A DNA stretch of 64,000 nt from Nitrosomonas ureae (GCA_945872825.1 CAMCBD010000004.1:3596-67595), one strand, 5' to 3'; numbered from the stretch's first letter, positions 1 to 10,156 are shown. Program-made: numbers and translations. Notes: a model not told the origin generated them from the sequence alone.

Positions 1-527
1 TGAAACGGGCTTATGTGGTCGGTGCGCTGTTAAACTACGCAGCCCGCAAAACGCTTTATGACAACTGCTCACCGGATACGACGGTCAATCTAGGCGGCAA
101 AGCGATTAAACCTTGCGCTGAATTTGATGGCGTTTCGTTAACCGGCAAGAAAGACCTGCTGATGTCACCCCAAGACGAACACCACGGCTACAACGCCCTC
201 CCGTTAAGCGGCATCTGGGCGCAAGCACCGTATCTGCATAATGGCACCGTGCCGACTGTTTATCACTTATTAGTACCCAACGAGCGCCCCGCCAGCTTTA
301 TCAAAAGCCGTTTGGATTACGACCAAAAATATCTCGGCTTTTCCTGGAACCCGCAACAAGCAACCGGCCAAAACGAAGGTTACCCATTCCAGGCCAACGC
401 CATCCCGGCTTTAAGCAATAAAGGCCATGACAAAGACATTGTGGAAGGCAAAAAAACTTATCGCCTCAACTGGTCCGGTGACAAGCAAGGCGCTTTGGCG
501 ATTATTGAATATCTAAAAACTTTATAA
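1..527 (+). CDS. C-terminal part of a RoxA-like / di-heme cytochrome c protein (starts upstream of window)
   Basis: GIWAQAPYLHNGTVPT motif and C-terminal GHD...IIEYLKTL ending typical of RoxA/MauG-like cytochromes; heme motifs are not in the window. Confidence 0.65.
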   Translation, partial: KRAYVVGALLNYAARKTLYDNCSPDTTVNLGGKAIKPCAEFDGVSLTGKKDLLMSPQDEHHGYNALPLSGIWAQAPYLHNGTVPTVYHLLVPNERPASFIKSRLDYDQKYLGFSWNPQQATGQNEGYPFQANAIPALSNKGHDKDIVEGKKTYRLNWSGDKQGALAIIEYLKTL

Positions 528-548
528 CGTTTAGCCTAAGGAGTCATC

Positions 549-983
549 ATGCCAAACCCATTGATTCAACCCTACTTAATGTTCGGCGGCCGCTGCGAAG
601 AGGCGCTCGAATTCTATCGCACCGCGCTCGGCGCACAAATTGACATGCTGATGCGCTTCAAAGACAGCCCGGAACCCCCACCGCCCGGTATGCTGCCGCC
701 GGGATTTGAAAATAAAGTGATGCACGCCAGTTTCCGCATCGGCGACAACGTACTGATGGCCTCAGACGGCTGTGAAGAAGGTCAACAATTCAAAGGTTTC
801 TCGCTGTCAATTGCGGTTGCCACCGAAGCCGAAGCGGATCGCTTCTTCACCGCACTATCCGACGGCGGTCAGGTACAAATGCCACTAGCCCAAACATTCT
901 GGTCGCCGCGCTTCGGCATGCTCACCGACCGTTTCGGCATCAGTTGGATGGTCAATGTCGTCACCACTGAATGCAAAGAATGA
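549..983 (+). CDS. VOC/glyoxalase family protein (PhnB-like)
   Basis: PYLMFGGRCEEALEFY, VMHASF, FWSPRFGMLTDRFGISWMVN; AAGGAG RBS upstream. Confidence 0.9.
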   Translation: MPNPLIQPYLMFGGRCEEALEFYRTALGAQIDMLMRFKDSPEPPPPGMLPPGFENKVMHASFRIGDNVLMASDGCEEGQQFKGFSLSIAVATEAEADRFFTALSDGGQVQMPLAQTFWSPRFGMLTDRFGISWMVNVVTTECKE

Positions 984-1198
984 AATCACGCATCTCGATT
1001 ATTGGCAGCGCAATAGCGGTACTGATCGCCGGAACCGGTTGCACCACCCAGCAACTCTACAATACCGGGCAGGCGTGGCAACGTAACGAGTGCAGCAAAA
1101 TCATGGATCAACTGGAACGCAGCCGCTGCCTATCGAGTACCAGCACTTCGTATGAAGCGTACAAGCAGCAATCCGGAACCGGAAGCGAACCGAAATGA
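980..1198 (+). CDS. small lipoprotein
   Basis: hydrophobic signal ending GTGC; ATGA overlap with the stop of the previous gene. Confidence 0.65.
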   Translation: MKSRISIIGSAIAVLIAGTGCTTQQLYNTGQAWQRNECSKIMDQLERSRCLSSTSTSYEAYKQQSGTGSEPK

Positions 1199-1557
1199 CA
1201 ATCCTCATCCACTTCGACAAGATGACCGAACAACAGCTATGGGACATCGCCAACCCGATCATGGACAACTTGATGGATGCCTCAACGCAACTCGACTATG
1301 CCAGGCATGTCCGGGATTTTACTGGCCGGATGAAAGCCATCGTTACCCCGATGTATCTCCAACACGTCTGCCAGCAGTACCAAGCTGAAAAAGGTTATTT
1401 TTCTCACCGTGCTCCGGTCGCTATTTTCAGACGCCCGGAGTCAGCGGTCATTGTGTGGAAACAATCGTTCACGAAAGTGCCGGGGGAGTTCATCGCGGAA
1501 ATGGTGCTTGTACATCAAGATGGTAGATATTTGGTGGATCATACGATGGTTTTTTGA
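1195..1557 (+). CDS. hypothetical protein (120 aa)
   Basis: ATGA overlap with upstream stop; protein-like composition. Confidence 0.65.
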   Translation: MTILIHFDKMTEQQLWDIANPIMDNLMDASTQLDYARHVRDFTGRMKAIVTPMYLQHVCQQYQAEKGYFSHRAPVAIFRRPESAVIVWKQSFTKVPGEFIAEMVLVHQDGRYLVDHTMVF

Positions 1558-1769
1558 GGGTTTTCTTGTAATTGGAATGAGCGAAAATCACTCAAAATCA
1601 CATAGACCCAAAGTTAGTTATCATGAAAGCTAAATTGATCCGTTTCCATAAAACAGAAGGAAATAGCATGCAACTCACCACGATAGATTTCATTAATGAC
1701 GTAATATATTGCGTCATTTCGGAAGCCTGATTCTAGTTATGCGTCGGGCAAGATTTTCTTGGTGAGAAT

Positions 1770-2969
1770 ATGGGAAGAGTAAAAGCTTGGATGATGGAGC
1801 AGGATAAACGAGGCTATAGAAGCATCGAAGATAAGTACGTTTGTTCGAAATGCGTATCAGATTACGCAATTAAGGAGTTCATAAAGGAAAACTGCTCGTA
1901 CAATGAGTGCTCATACTGTGAAAGAAAGTCAAAAAAGGAAATATCTGTCCATTTTGACGAATTCTCGGAGTTTGTTTTAGAGGGAATATCAACGGAGTTT
2001 GGTGACCCTCATGACGAATGCGTCGGTTGGGAGCAAGGTTGGGTTGGGGAGGTTTTCGATAGTTACGATTTGCTTCAGGATGAAATTGGGATCGAACTTG
2101 AAAGCGAAGATCTGTTTAAAGATCTTGTTGAGTCTCTAAGTGACAGGCAGTGGTGCAAGCGAAACTTCTATGGCTTAAGCCCTAGTCAAACGCTCAAATA
2201 TGGGTGGAGTCGATTTGTTGGGATAATCAAGCACAAATCCCGCTATGTATTCCTTGGGGTATCTGAAGAAGAGGATGCCTCGGAGCACATACCAACAAAT
2301 AGATTCTTAGATGCGTTTGGTGCAGTCGCTAAAAGATTAAAGCTAGTAAGAAACCTCCCAGCAGGCTCTGATTTATTTCGCCTGCGCATGCATGGGCCTG
2401 AGGTTTCGTTGTCAAGTGCAGCAGAGTTGGGATCTCCTCCAGACGATGTCTGCATATTCGCGAATAGAATGAGTCCGGCCGGAATTTCAATGTTCTACTG
2501 CGCGCCAGACAAAGAAACTTGCGTGCTTGAAACATATGATCCAGATGGGGAAAAGCATTGCGGAACTTTCGGAAGATTTAATAACGTGAGAAATCTCACA
2601 TTGCTTGATATAACAAAGATTCCCGCGTCTCCGAGTATGTTTGAGTCGGGGTCACGCGACATGCGGCACAGCATTATCTTTTTCAGAGAGTTTTTGGCCG
2701 ACTTTACACAGAAGGTCTCCAAAGATGGTCGTGAGCACATTGAATATGTTCCTACTCAGGTGATATCAGAATACGTAAGGTATGCCCTGAGGATAGGAAC
2801 GGCTCGAATTGATGGCATTGTCTATAGAAGCTCGCATAACACCAAAAAAGAAGCAATCGTCCTGTTCTTTGACTCAGAAACGTGTGGGAACTCTGGTGAA
2901 AGTAAGCCGGGAACAGAACTGATATTGGTAGACACAAGTCGCCAAACATTTACGTCGGCAGACGCATAA
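1770..2969 (+). CDS. HEPN-associated N-terminal domain + RES domain protein
   Basis: N-terminal CSKC/CSYC; RES motifs NRMSPAGISMFY, EYVPTQVISEY, GIVYRSS. Confidence 0.8.
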   Translation: MGRVKAWMMEQDKRGYRSIEDKYVCSKCVSDYAIKEFIKENCSYNECSYCERKSKKEISVHFDEFSEFVLEGISTEFGDPHDECVGWEQGWVGEVFDSYDLLQDEIGIELESEDLFKDLVESLSDRQWCKRNFYGLSPSQTLKYGWSRFVGIIKHKSRYVFLGVSEEEDASEHIPTNRFLDAFGAVAKRLKLVRNLPAGSDLFRLRMHGPEVSLSSAAELGSPPDDVCIFANRMSPAGISMFYCAPDKETCVLETYDPDGEKHCGTFGRFNNVRNLTLLDITKIPASPSMFESGSRDMRHSIIFFREFLADFTQKVSKDGREHIEYVPTQVISEYVRYALRIGTARIDGIVYRSSHNTKKEAIVLFFDSETCGNSGESKPGTELILVDTSRQTFTSADA

Positions 2970-3022
2970 CAATTCGCTGCAGGATTTACGGCTCTGACGG
3001 ACCGCGGGCCCTGAGCTCAAAC
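2964..3022 (+). other. degenerate integron attC site (R' box lost)
   Basis: GCATAAC overlapping the stop codon, then AATTCGCTGCAG...CTGAGCTCAAAC with one extrahelical base; complementary core GTTATGC at 1736-1742 upstream of the gene; terminal GTT missing. Confidence 0.6.
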
Positions 3023-3087
3023 AGAAACAAGGCGGCAGATCGCGAACAAAGAAAATGAATATGTAACATGAAACAGCTGATCGCTAT

Positions 3088-3942
3088 CTAGCGATGTCTA
3101 GGAAACCCACCACCATGACCGCCGCCGCCATGACCTCTACTGAGTAATATCGCAGCAGCGACAATGGCAACTGTGACAGCGACTGCGATGACTTTATTCC
3201 AATCAACGACTGTTTTATAGAGCTGAAAATTCCCTCTCCAGCGTATGCGCTGCCAGACCTCGTCCGGAGTAACCGGATAAGGACGATTGATCGCCTCATG
3301 GGTAATAATAATTCCGTGATCTGCTCTGACGTCAATGGATTGCGTTGCATCTTCCAGCAATATTACCTTGATCACGCCACTGAGTACCATGACTTCTGTT
3401 TGATGCTGCGACACACTGATATGCAGGATAGCGTCCTTGGCTTGTATCCTTGCATGTAGGGTTTCAATATTTTGCTGGCAATCCGATGTATCTGCGTAAG
3501 CATTACCCACATTAAATCTATCGACGCGTATCAAGCAGGATGAATCCGATGCTTTGAATTCAACGCGCGCGCTGCTTTGAGGACCTGTGCTCACAAACGA
3601 ATGATTCTTTACCTTCGCAGAAATCTTTACTTGCGCGCCATTGAGTAAAGCGCTTTTGCCCGATGCGTACATGGAACCGATAACTGCATTGTCAGTACCG
3701 GCGTTGTGATGAACACGAAAACCTGTATTTTCACTTTGTTCCAAAAAACCGTCCCTTTCAGCAAAATTTCTATCCTGGATGGGTACTGTTTTACAACCCG
3801 CCAGTAGCAAAATGGCTATAAGCAGTAGCAGCAGCCCTTTATTGCCAGACAAATTAAAAGAAAAAGACATAAACCATTGATAGCGTCTCGAACAAATATC
3901 CCTTATCTCGCAGAAGAATAGCTTGGTTTGTGTGGCGTCCAT
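3088..3942 (-). CDS. putative lipoprotein with FecR-like beta region and C-terminal TM/Gly-rich tail
   Basis: LLAGC lipobox; STGPQSSARVEF and TEVMVLSGVIKV resemble FecR segments; start uncertain (3942 has an AGGAG RBS, 3870 is the alternative). Confidence 0.55.
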   Translation of the reverse strand: MDATQTKLFFCEIRDICSRRYQWFMSFSFNLSGNKGLLLLLIAILLLAGCKTVPIQDRNFAERDGFLEQSENTGFRVHHNAGTDNAVIGSMYASGKSALLNGAQVKISAKVKNHSFVSTGPQSSARVEFKASDSSCLIRVDRFNVGNAYADTSDCQQNIETLHARIQAKDAILHISVSQHQTEVMVLSGVIKVILLEDATQSIDVRADHGIIITHEAINRPYPVTPDEVWQRIRWRGNFQLYKTVVDWNKVIAVAVTVAIVAAAILLSRGHGGGGHGGGFPRHR

Positions 3943-4029
3943 TTTGCTTCTCCTTTCAGTAATGAGTTCCGAGTGGATTGCTGATGGGATCACTGTACAG
4001 CGATCAATCTGAATCAGGACTGAATGAAG
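3838..4029. repeat. direct repeat copy 1 (about 192 bp)
   Basis: aligns by eye with 5071-5262 (for example TCGAACAAATAT, TTCCGAGTGGATT, CACTGTACAG, TCTGAATCAGGACTGAATGAAG). Confidence 0.9.
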
Positions 4030-4151
4030 CGAGGTGTGATCATGGCGCTGTTTTTTCTGCGCTATAACGGCAGTGGGTATCTGACAAAACCGGATAGGTT
4101 GTTAAGCGATTTCTGGCTAAGCTGATTATCTTCAAGGTTAGGATTATGGAT

Positions 4152-5003
4152 TTATCGTGTTCTAAGCTTTTCATTGAGAATCCAATTAAACTCAAGAAAC
4201 CGAATATAAAAATTGTCTGTAGTAAGCAATTCTTTTGCGTGTGCGGTGTCGGCAAGGCTATCGCGATATTGGGTAAAGAATTGCGACAGGTTAGGCCAGC
4301 CTTGCCAGCCACGCTCAAAATCTCTCTCATACCAATCAAAAATTTCAGAAACTTCAAGTTTCCCAGTCACTTCGTCCAATCGATTGCGTGATCGATCTGA
4401 CAAGAAAGTGCGTGTTGCTGATTCTAATTGCTGCTCTAAGTCGATGCCGCTATACGCTCGATTGCGTAATGCCGGGTAATCGATGGAAGCACGATTGAGT
4501 GCGAAATGAATGCGTGGTTCATCGTAATTTCCAGGTCTACGAATAAAATCATCTTCAAGCTCACTTAATGAAAGCATCTCACCCAATAGTGGAATAAAGA
4601 TAATTTTTTGCTGATTTTTTATCTGGGAAATGAGCTGTAATTTGTCACGAAGATTACGTGGCTTATAGTATCGAACCGGGGGTAACGTTGATTGAGTCCT
4701 CAGAATCATGTCTATCGTAAACGCGTTGTAAGCATTAATTAAGAAAGCGAGTTGCTCGGATTTATCCCAATTTGAAAATTCGCTTTTTTTGATTTGCGAT
4801 AACTGAGACAAATAGCTGCTTAACTGACCGCGATGTGCAGAAAAATTGAAGTAATCCACAACACTGGCTTTTCCTTGATTCACCATATAAACGTGTTGAC
4901 GTAATAAATCATCCCAAATGGCATGATCGAATCGTGCCGCTGAAACTGTGCTCGAAGTAAGCCACAACAGTAATATCAGTAGTGAATGTTTAAAGCTATT
5001 CAA
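4152..5003 (-). CDS. DUF547 domain protein
   Basis: signal peptide, WDDLLRQHV, EQLAFLINAYNAFTI, EPRIHFALN; TTG start with AGGAG RBS. Confidence 0.85.
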   Translation of the reverse strand: MNSFKHSLLILLLWLTSSTVSAARFDHAIWDDLLRQHVYMVNQGKASVVDYFNFSAHRGQLSSYLSQLSQIKKSEFSNWDKSEQLAFLINAYNAFTIDMILRTQSTLPPVRYYKPRNLRDKLQLISQIKNQQKIIFIPLLGEMLSLSELEDDFIRRPGNYDEPRIHFALNRASIDYPALRNRAYSGIDLEQQLESATRTFLSDRSRNRLDEVTGKLEVSEIFDWYERDFERGWQGWPNLSQFFTQYRDSLADTAHAKELLTTDNFYIRFLEFNWILNEKLRTR

Positions 5004-5029
5004 AGTAATCTCCTGACATCAAGTCGAAG

Positions 5030-5176
5030 TCACTTGCAATGGGGTTTGGGGGTTGTAATGAAAACGAAACCTTTGTTACCAGGCAAATTAAAGGAAAAAG
5101 CATGAACCATGGATAGCATCTCGAACAAATATTCCATATCTTGCAGAAGAATGGTCTGTTTTTTTGGGGTGTCCAT
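5030..5176 (-). CDS. 48-aa ORF inside repeat copy 2 (truncated paralog of the lipoprotein N-terminus or a leader peptide)
   Basis: MDTPKKQTILLQDMEYLFEMLSMVHAFSFNLPGNKG... read by hand; shares FSFNLxGNKG with 3088-3942. Confidence 0.35.
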   Translation of the reverse strand: MDTPKKQTILLQDMEYLFEMLSMVHAFSFNLPGNKGFVFITTPKPHCK

Positions 5177-5262
5177 TTCTCTTCTCTTTTCAGTTATTCA
5201 TTCCGAGTGGATTCCTGATGAGTCACTGTACAGTGCTCAATCTGAATCAGGACTGAATGAAG
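5071..5262. repeat. direct repeat copy 2 (about 192 bp)
   Basis: see copy 1. Confidence 0.9.
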
Positions 5263-5437
5263 AAACTGAACAAAATATTGTTTTTGCGGTACCACAACAG
5301 CAACCTGTGGATGGAATATGTAGAGAAGAGTGGCTAGTCTTTTGATTGCCCGCATGAGGAGTGAGAAACAGAGTTGACATGGCGATACATTGCATGTTTG
5401 AATACTGCTCAGATATCAATTATGGAGTCATTCAAAC

Positions 5438-6044
5438 ATGTCAAATCGTGGCGGGAAAAGAGAAAATGCGGGAAGGCCGCGCGGCCAGGGCAAATTTGGC
5501 GAACCGACTGTTTCAATACGCATACCGCAAAGTCAGGGAGCTACCATCGAGAACTTTCTTGACGCATACCAGCGTAAAAGAACAAGCTCCGATGATGAAG
5601 AATCAAACGTGGATGAGTTTCTTATTCCCGCCATTAGCGACCAACCAACCTTGTTACCGCTTTTTTCTACTATAAGTGGCGGCAGGTTTCCCCAGTCCGG
5701 CGGATGATCATATCGAAAAAAGCCTCGATGTCAGCGAATTTCTGATCGATCATGCGGCATCGACGTTCTTCGTTACGATTAAGGGAGATTCGATGATTGA
5801 TGTCGGTTTACTGCCAGACGATAAAGTTGTGGTAGATAGATCAAAGACACCAGGCATCGGCGACATTGTGCTTGCAGTGGTTGATCGTGAATTCACCATT
5901 AAAATCTTTGATTACGGGGCAAACAAAATGCCGAGGCTGATGCCAGCCAATTCATCAGGTGCTTACAAACCCATTTACATTCGTCCAGATATGCAGTTTG
6001 AGATCTTTGGTGTAGTGACAGGATCATTTCGTCGTTTCAAGTGA
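5438..6044 (+). pseudogene. umuD: UmuD/LexA-like S24 peptidase, frameshifted near 5670
   Basis: frame 1 ends LPLFST and frame 2 resumes VAAGFPSPADD; catalytic Ser in GDSM and Lys in FTIK. Confidence 0.85.
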
Positions 6045-6105
6045 GTAAGTTGCTGCCGGTTTATGTATGGCAGAAAGAATTTTTAAATCATCACGCCGCA
6101 TTGCT

Positions 6106-6498
6106 ATGCCTGCCCGTTCTATCGCTCTAATTGATGTGAATAACTTCTATGTTAGTTGCGAACGAATAATTAATACTAAGTTGGAAGACAAACCGGTTGT
6201 GGTGCTATCTAGCTTATGCAGATGGCTTGACGCGCTGCCAATGCAGACAAATGATACCGTGCTATTGACCAAGGTTGCCTTATAGGGATTACGAAAAATT
6301 TATCGAAGCGGGTACCGTTATCAAAAAGCGAGTGTAATGTTGTCCGATCTGGTATTCAGGAAAAACCGGCAGGAGGATGATCTATTTGGTCTGGCATCAG
6401 CAAAGAGTGATAGTAGATCGAGCAAATTGAGGGCGCGATTGATCAAGTCAATGCCCGCATGGGGAGGGAGACACGATTAGACTGGCATCCGAACTTAA
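6106..6498 (+). pseudogene. umuC: UmuC (Pol V) relic with a large internal deletion
   Basis: IALIDVNNFYVSCER...KPVVVLS joined to C-terminal GLRKIYRSGYRYQKASVMLSDL and DQVNARMG; stops and frameshifts. Confidence 0.8.
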
Positions 6499-6588
6499 CA
6501 GCGTTATTGTAATGTAGTATAAAATCGAATTGAGAAATGCCCTACCTCCACATAGCAGTATTGTGGCTAAATATTATAAGGAACCAAT

Positions 6589-6912
6589 ATGTCTCGATCA
6601 TTTTTTATTCTTATCATCTTTGTCATAACGCTTCAAGGTTGTGCCTCATCCAGAGAAGTGTTTCTGGCTGACGGGACCAAAGGACATAACATCAACTGCA
6701 GTGGCTCTGGAATGAACTATAGCAACTGTCTTGAAAAAGCGGGGGAAATCTGTGGCACACAAGGGTATCACCTACTGAATCAGCAAGGTGATGTTGTTCC
6801 TTTCTCTCAAGCAATCCGTGAGTTTGGCGCAAACACACAATCAGCATCAATCGGATATTTGACATCTTCGGGTTCAATAGTCACCCGTAATCTATTTATC
6901 AAATGCAAATAA
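6589..6912 (+). CDS. small lipoprotein
   Basis: LQGC lipobox; HNINCSG...CLEKAGEICG pattern; AAGGA RBS. Confidence 0.75.
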   Translation: MSRSFFILIIFVITLQGCASSREVFLADGTKGHNINCSGSGMNYSNCLEKAGEICGTQGYHLLNQQGDVVPFSQAIREFGANTQSASIGYLTSSGSIVTRNLFIKCK

Positions 6913-6925
6913 AAGAGAGCAACTT

Positions 6926-7075
6926 ATGAAAGTTGAAGTGACAGTTGAATTAGATATCAATTTATATAAAACCAGTATTGCAGACATAAAGAAATTATTG
7001 GAAGAAATGATGGACCCAAAAAAATTCGATGCTCTGGAAACGATAACTATTAAAGATATAAAAATAGGAAAATAG
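6926..7075 (+). CDS. 49-aa hypothetical protein (below ORF-track cutoff)
   Basis: MKVEVTVELDINLYKTSIADIKKLLEEMMDPKKFDALETITIKDIKIGK translated by hand; AGAGAG RBS. Confidence 0.5.
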   Translation: MKVEVTVELDINLYKTSIADIKKLLEEMMDPKKFDALETITIKDIKIGK

Positions 7076-7436
7076 ATTGTCTCTCAAAGTTTAATATTTT
7101 ATCGTGACTGGATATCCTTCTCGGGGACAATCAGACTGCAAATAGCCTTCTCTGGTGCGGCGTCAGTCTTTCAAGTTCTGCCGCCAATATTTGGAACTCT
7201 TCAGTTTTCATCACAGATAAATCCCGGCAATATTTTCTGGTAACTTCCGCACACCGATTAACAGGATTAGGAAGCCACATGCTGTGCGGTAACTACCATA
7301 AACTCCCGCTGAGTTAGTTAGCGCACAGACGGCAAACTCACCAGACCATTACTCTGCATTCGATAAATCAGTGAATCTTTTTGACAATACACTATCACCT
7401 ATCTGTCATCGCTTCTCATGCATAAAGGAGTAATTT

Positions 7437-8563
7437 ATGGCAAACCATCGCAGCAACAACAATCCGGCCAACACAGCAGTGAAATCAACCGCGATTGAGA
7501 TCCGCAAGGGTCAGACGTCAGGTCGGCTTGATCGCGCTGAATTTAGTATTCGGTTCCGTGCCACATTCATCGATCCCGCGTTTCGAAGCGAAGATGAATC
7601 CATCGCACGACTTGAAGAGGTCGCTTGGCAAGCTTACACCGATGGCCGCAAAGCACCCTTTACACAGAAAGCAGGTCCGGGATATGTTGATCCGGATTAC
7701 GAATTATCAGTCGAATGGCTGTCCACAAAGCAGCGTATAGAAGAAGCACAACAGCGCTGGAGTGAACCTTCCACGCCATCTCGGGTATTGCTGATCTGTG
7801 GCTCGGCACGCAACGATGGAACCTGTCCAGGCGAGATGTCCAAATCCTTCCGGCTTTTGAAAATTGTTCGCGAAACGCTAGAGCAGGCTGATATCCAGGT
7901 TGATGTACTCGATCTGAGTCTGATTACCTCGGAATATGGTCGTAACATCCATCCATGCAAGGGATGTGTGTCGACGGCAATGCCTTTGTGTCACTGGCCG
8001 TGTAGTTGTTATCCCAACCACTCTCTCAATCAAAACAATGATTGGATGGCCGAAATCTATGAACGCTGGACGGCTCTGCCCATGCCGTGATCATCGTAAC
8101 CCCGGTGTATTGGTACCAGAGTCCAAGCCCTTTGAAACTGATGATAGACCGCATGGTCTGCGCCGATGGTGGCAACTCTGATCCCACATCGACATCGGGC
8201 AAGAATGCGGGCAAAGCGAAAGAACTCGAGATGGCCGGATAGGACTACCCGCAGCACCTGGCCGGACGTGCCTACGGCGTGATTGTACACGGCGATGTAG
8301 CCGGTATTGAAGGTTCGCGCCGTTCTTTGTCCGACTGGCTCGACTGGATGGGTTTTATCGACGCCGGAGCTCAGGCACGCCTGGATCGCTACATCGGATA
8401 CTTCGAACCCTATGCGACCAGTCACGATGCTCTGGACAAAGATATTGTAGTACAGGCAGAAACACGCAATGTCGCGCTCGCCGTAGCAAAAGCCGTCGTC
8501 GAGTTACGTGCCGGACGGCTCCATTCGATGCAGGCAAAGCTGCCACGCCCGCGACCAAAGTAG
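7437..8563 (+). pseudogene. flavodoxin / NADPH-dependent FMN reductase family protein with a frameshift near 8075 and a TAG at 8240
   Basis: LLICGSARNDGTCPGEMSKS, IHPCKGCVSTAMPLCHWPCSCYP; continues out of frame as AHAVIIVTPVYWYQ...G*DYPQHLAGR. Confidence 0.85.
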
Positions 8564-8820
8564 ATCTATCCTCTCACTCTGTCCTTCAGCACATTCCTAA
8601 CAGTGGAGGGTACTTCGCTGTTGCCACTAATCTATAACTGAACAGAATCAATTGAGGAACAATCATTTCAGTCTGATCGACTTATCCACAGCGGTGTAGT
8701 ACGCTATGTCGCGATAACGCCTGGTCAATTTAAACCCGGCATCAACAATATAACTATCATCTTGTACTATAATTCCGAACTACTTACCGTTTGATATCGA
8801 TTCCCTATTAAAATTAATCC

Positions 8821-10086
8821 ATGGATACCACTGACATCAAAAGTTATATGCAATCCGTCGGCCAGGAAGCACGCGCGGCCTCGCGTTTGGTTGCAAAAGC
8901 GGACACGGCGGCGAAGAATCGTGCTTTGATTGCGATGGCGGATGCCATCCGGCGGGATGAGCAATTATTATTAGCAGCCAACGCCAAAGATCTGGACAAT
9001 GCACGCGCTAAAGGCCTGGAAGCTTCGATGATCGACCGTTTGACTTTGTCGGCCAAAGGCGTGGCGACAATGGCGGAAGGTCTGTTGCAAATTGCGGCAC
9101 TGGCTGATCCGGTAGGCGAAGTCAGTGGATTGCATTACCGTCCTTCCGGCATTCAGGTGGGAAAAATGCGCGTGCCTTTGGGTGTAGTCGGCATTATTTA
9201 TGAAGCGCGTCCGAATGTAACGGCGGATGCCGCAGGGCTATGCCTAAAAGCGGGGAATGCCGCCATTTTGCGCGGCGGATCGGAAGCGATTCATAGTAAC
9301 CAGGCGATTGCCGCGTGTGTCAAAGAAGGATTGCGGCTGTCCGGTTTACCGGAATCGGCGGTGCAGGTGATTGAAACCACCGATCGCGCGGCAGTGGGTG
9401 AATTGATTACGATGAAAGATTTTGTCGATGTGATTGTGCCACGCGGCGGCAAGGGATTGATCGAGCGGATTGCCAATGAAGCGCGCATCCCGGTGATCAA
9501 GCACTTGGATGGCGTATGCCATGTATACATTGATGATCAGGCTGATTTTAATAAAGCCATCACCATTGCCGACAATGCCAAGACACAGCGTTACGGCACC
9601 TGCAACACGATGGAAACATTACTGATCCATAAAGGTATTGCACAGAAAATATTGCCTGCCTTGAGCAAGATTTATTTTGATAAAGGCGTTGAATTACGCG
9701 GCGACACAGCAGCCTGCAGTATTATTCCGCAGATGAATGCAGCCACTGAGCAGGATTGGTATGAAGAATATCTGGCACCGATTTTGAGTATCCGCATTGT
9801 CGATGGATTGGATCAAGCGATTGATCACATCACGAAATACGGCTCGCAACATACCGATGCAATTGTCACGGAAAACTATACGCGTGCGCGGCGTTTCTTG
9901 CGTGAAGTGGATTCCAGCTCAGTGATGGTCAACACTACGACGCGTTTTGCGGATGGATTTGAATACGGCCTGGGGGCTGAAATCGGCATTTCGACGGACA
10001 AAATTCATGCGCGTGGTCCGGTCGGTCTGGAAGGACTAACCAGTCAAAAATTTATTGTGCTAGGCGACGGCCAGTTAAGACAGTAA
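8821..10086 (+). CDS. proA: gamma-glutamyl phosphate reductase
   Basis: [44 protein letters not shown]. Confidence 0.97.
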   Translation: MDTTDIKSYMQSVGQEARAASRLVAKADTAAKNRALIAMADAIRRDEQLLLAANAKDLDNARAKGLEASMIDRLTLSAKGVATMAEGLLQIAALADPVGEVSGLHYRPSGIQVGKMRVPLGVVGIIYEARPNVTADAAGLCLKAGNAAILRGGSEAIHSNQAIAACVKEGLRLSGLPESAVQVIETTDRAAVGELITMKDFVDVIVPRGGKGLIERIANEARIPVIKHLDGVCHVYIDDQADFNKAITIADNAKTQRYGTCNTMETLLIHKGIAQKILPALSKIYFDKGVELRGDTAACSIIPQMNAATEQDWYEEYLAPILSIRIVDGLDQAIDHITKYGSQHTDAIVTENYTRARRFLREVDSSSVMVNTTTRFADGFEYGLGAEIGISTDKIHARGPVGLEGLTSQKFIVLGDGQLRQ

Positions 10087-10156
10087 CCAGTAACCTGCAT
10101 TTAAAAATACTTATAAAAAATGAGTGCTCGGCACTCAATTCACCCCAAAGGCCGTT

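Noticed and set aside
7100-7285. Minus-strand fragment MWLPNPVNRC... faintly resembling an HNH/GmrSD C-terminus
   Set aside because: Too short and interrupted to assign by eye.
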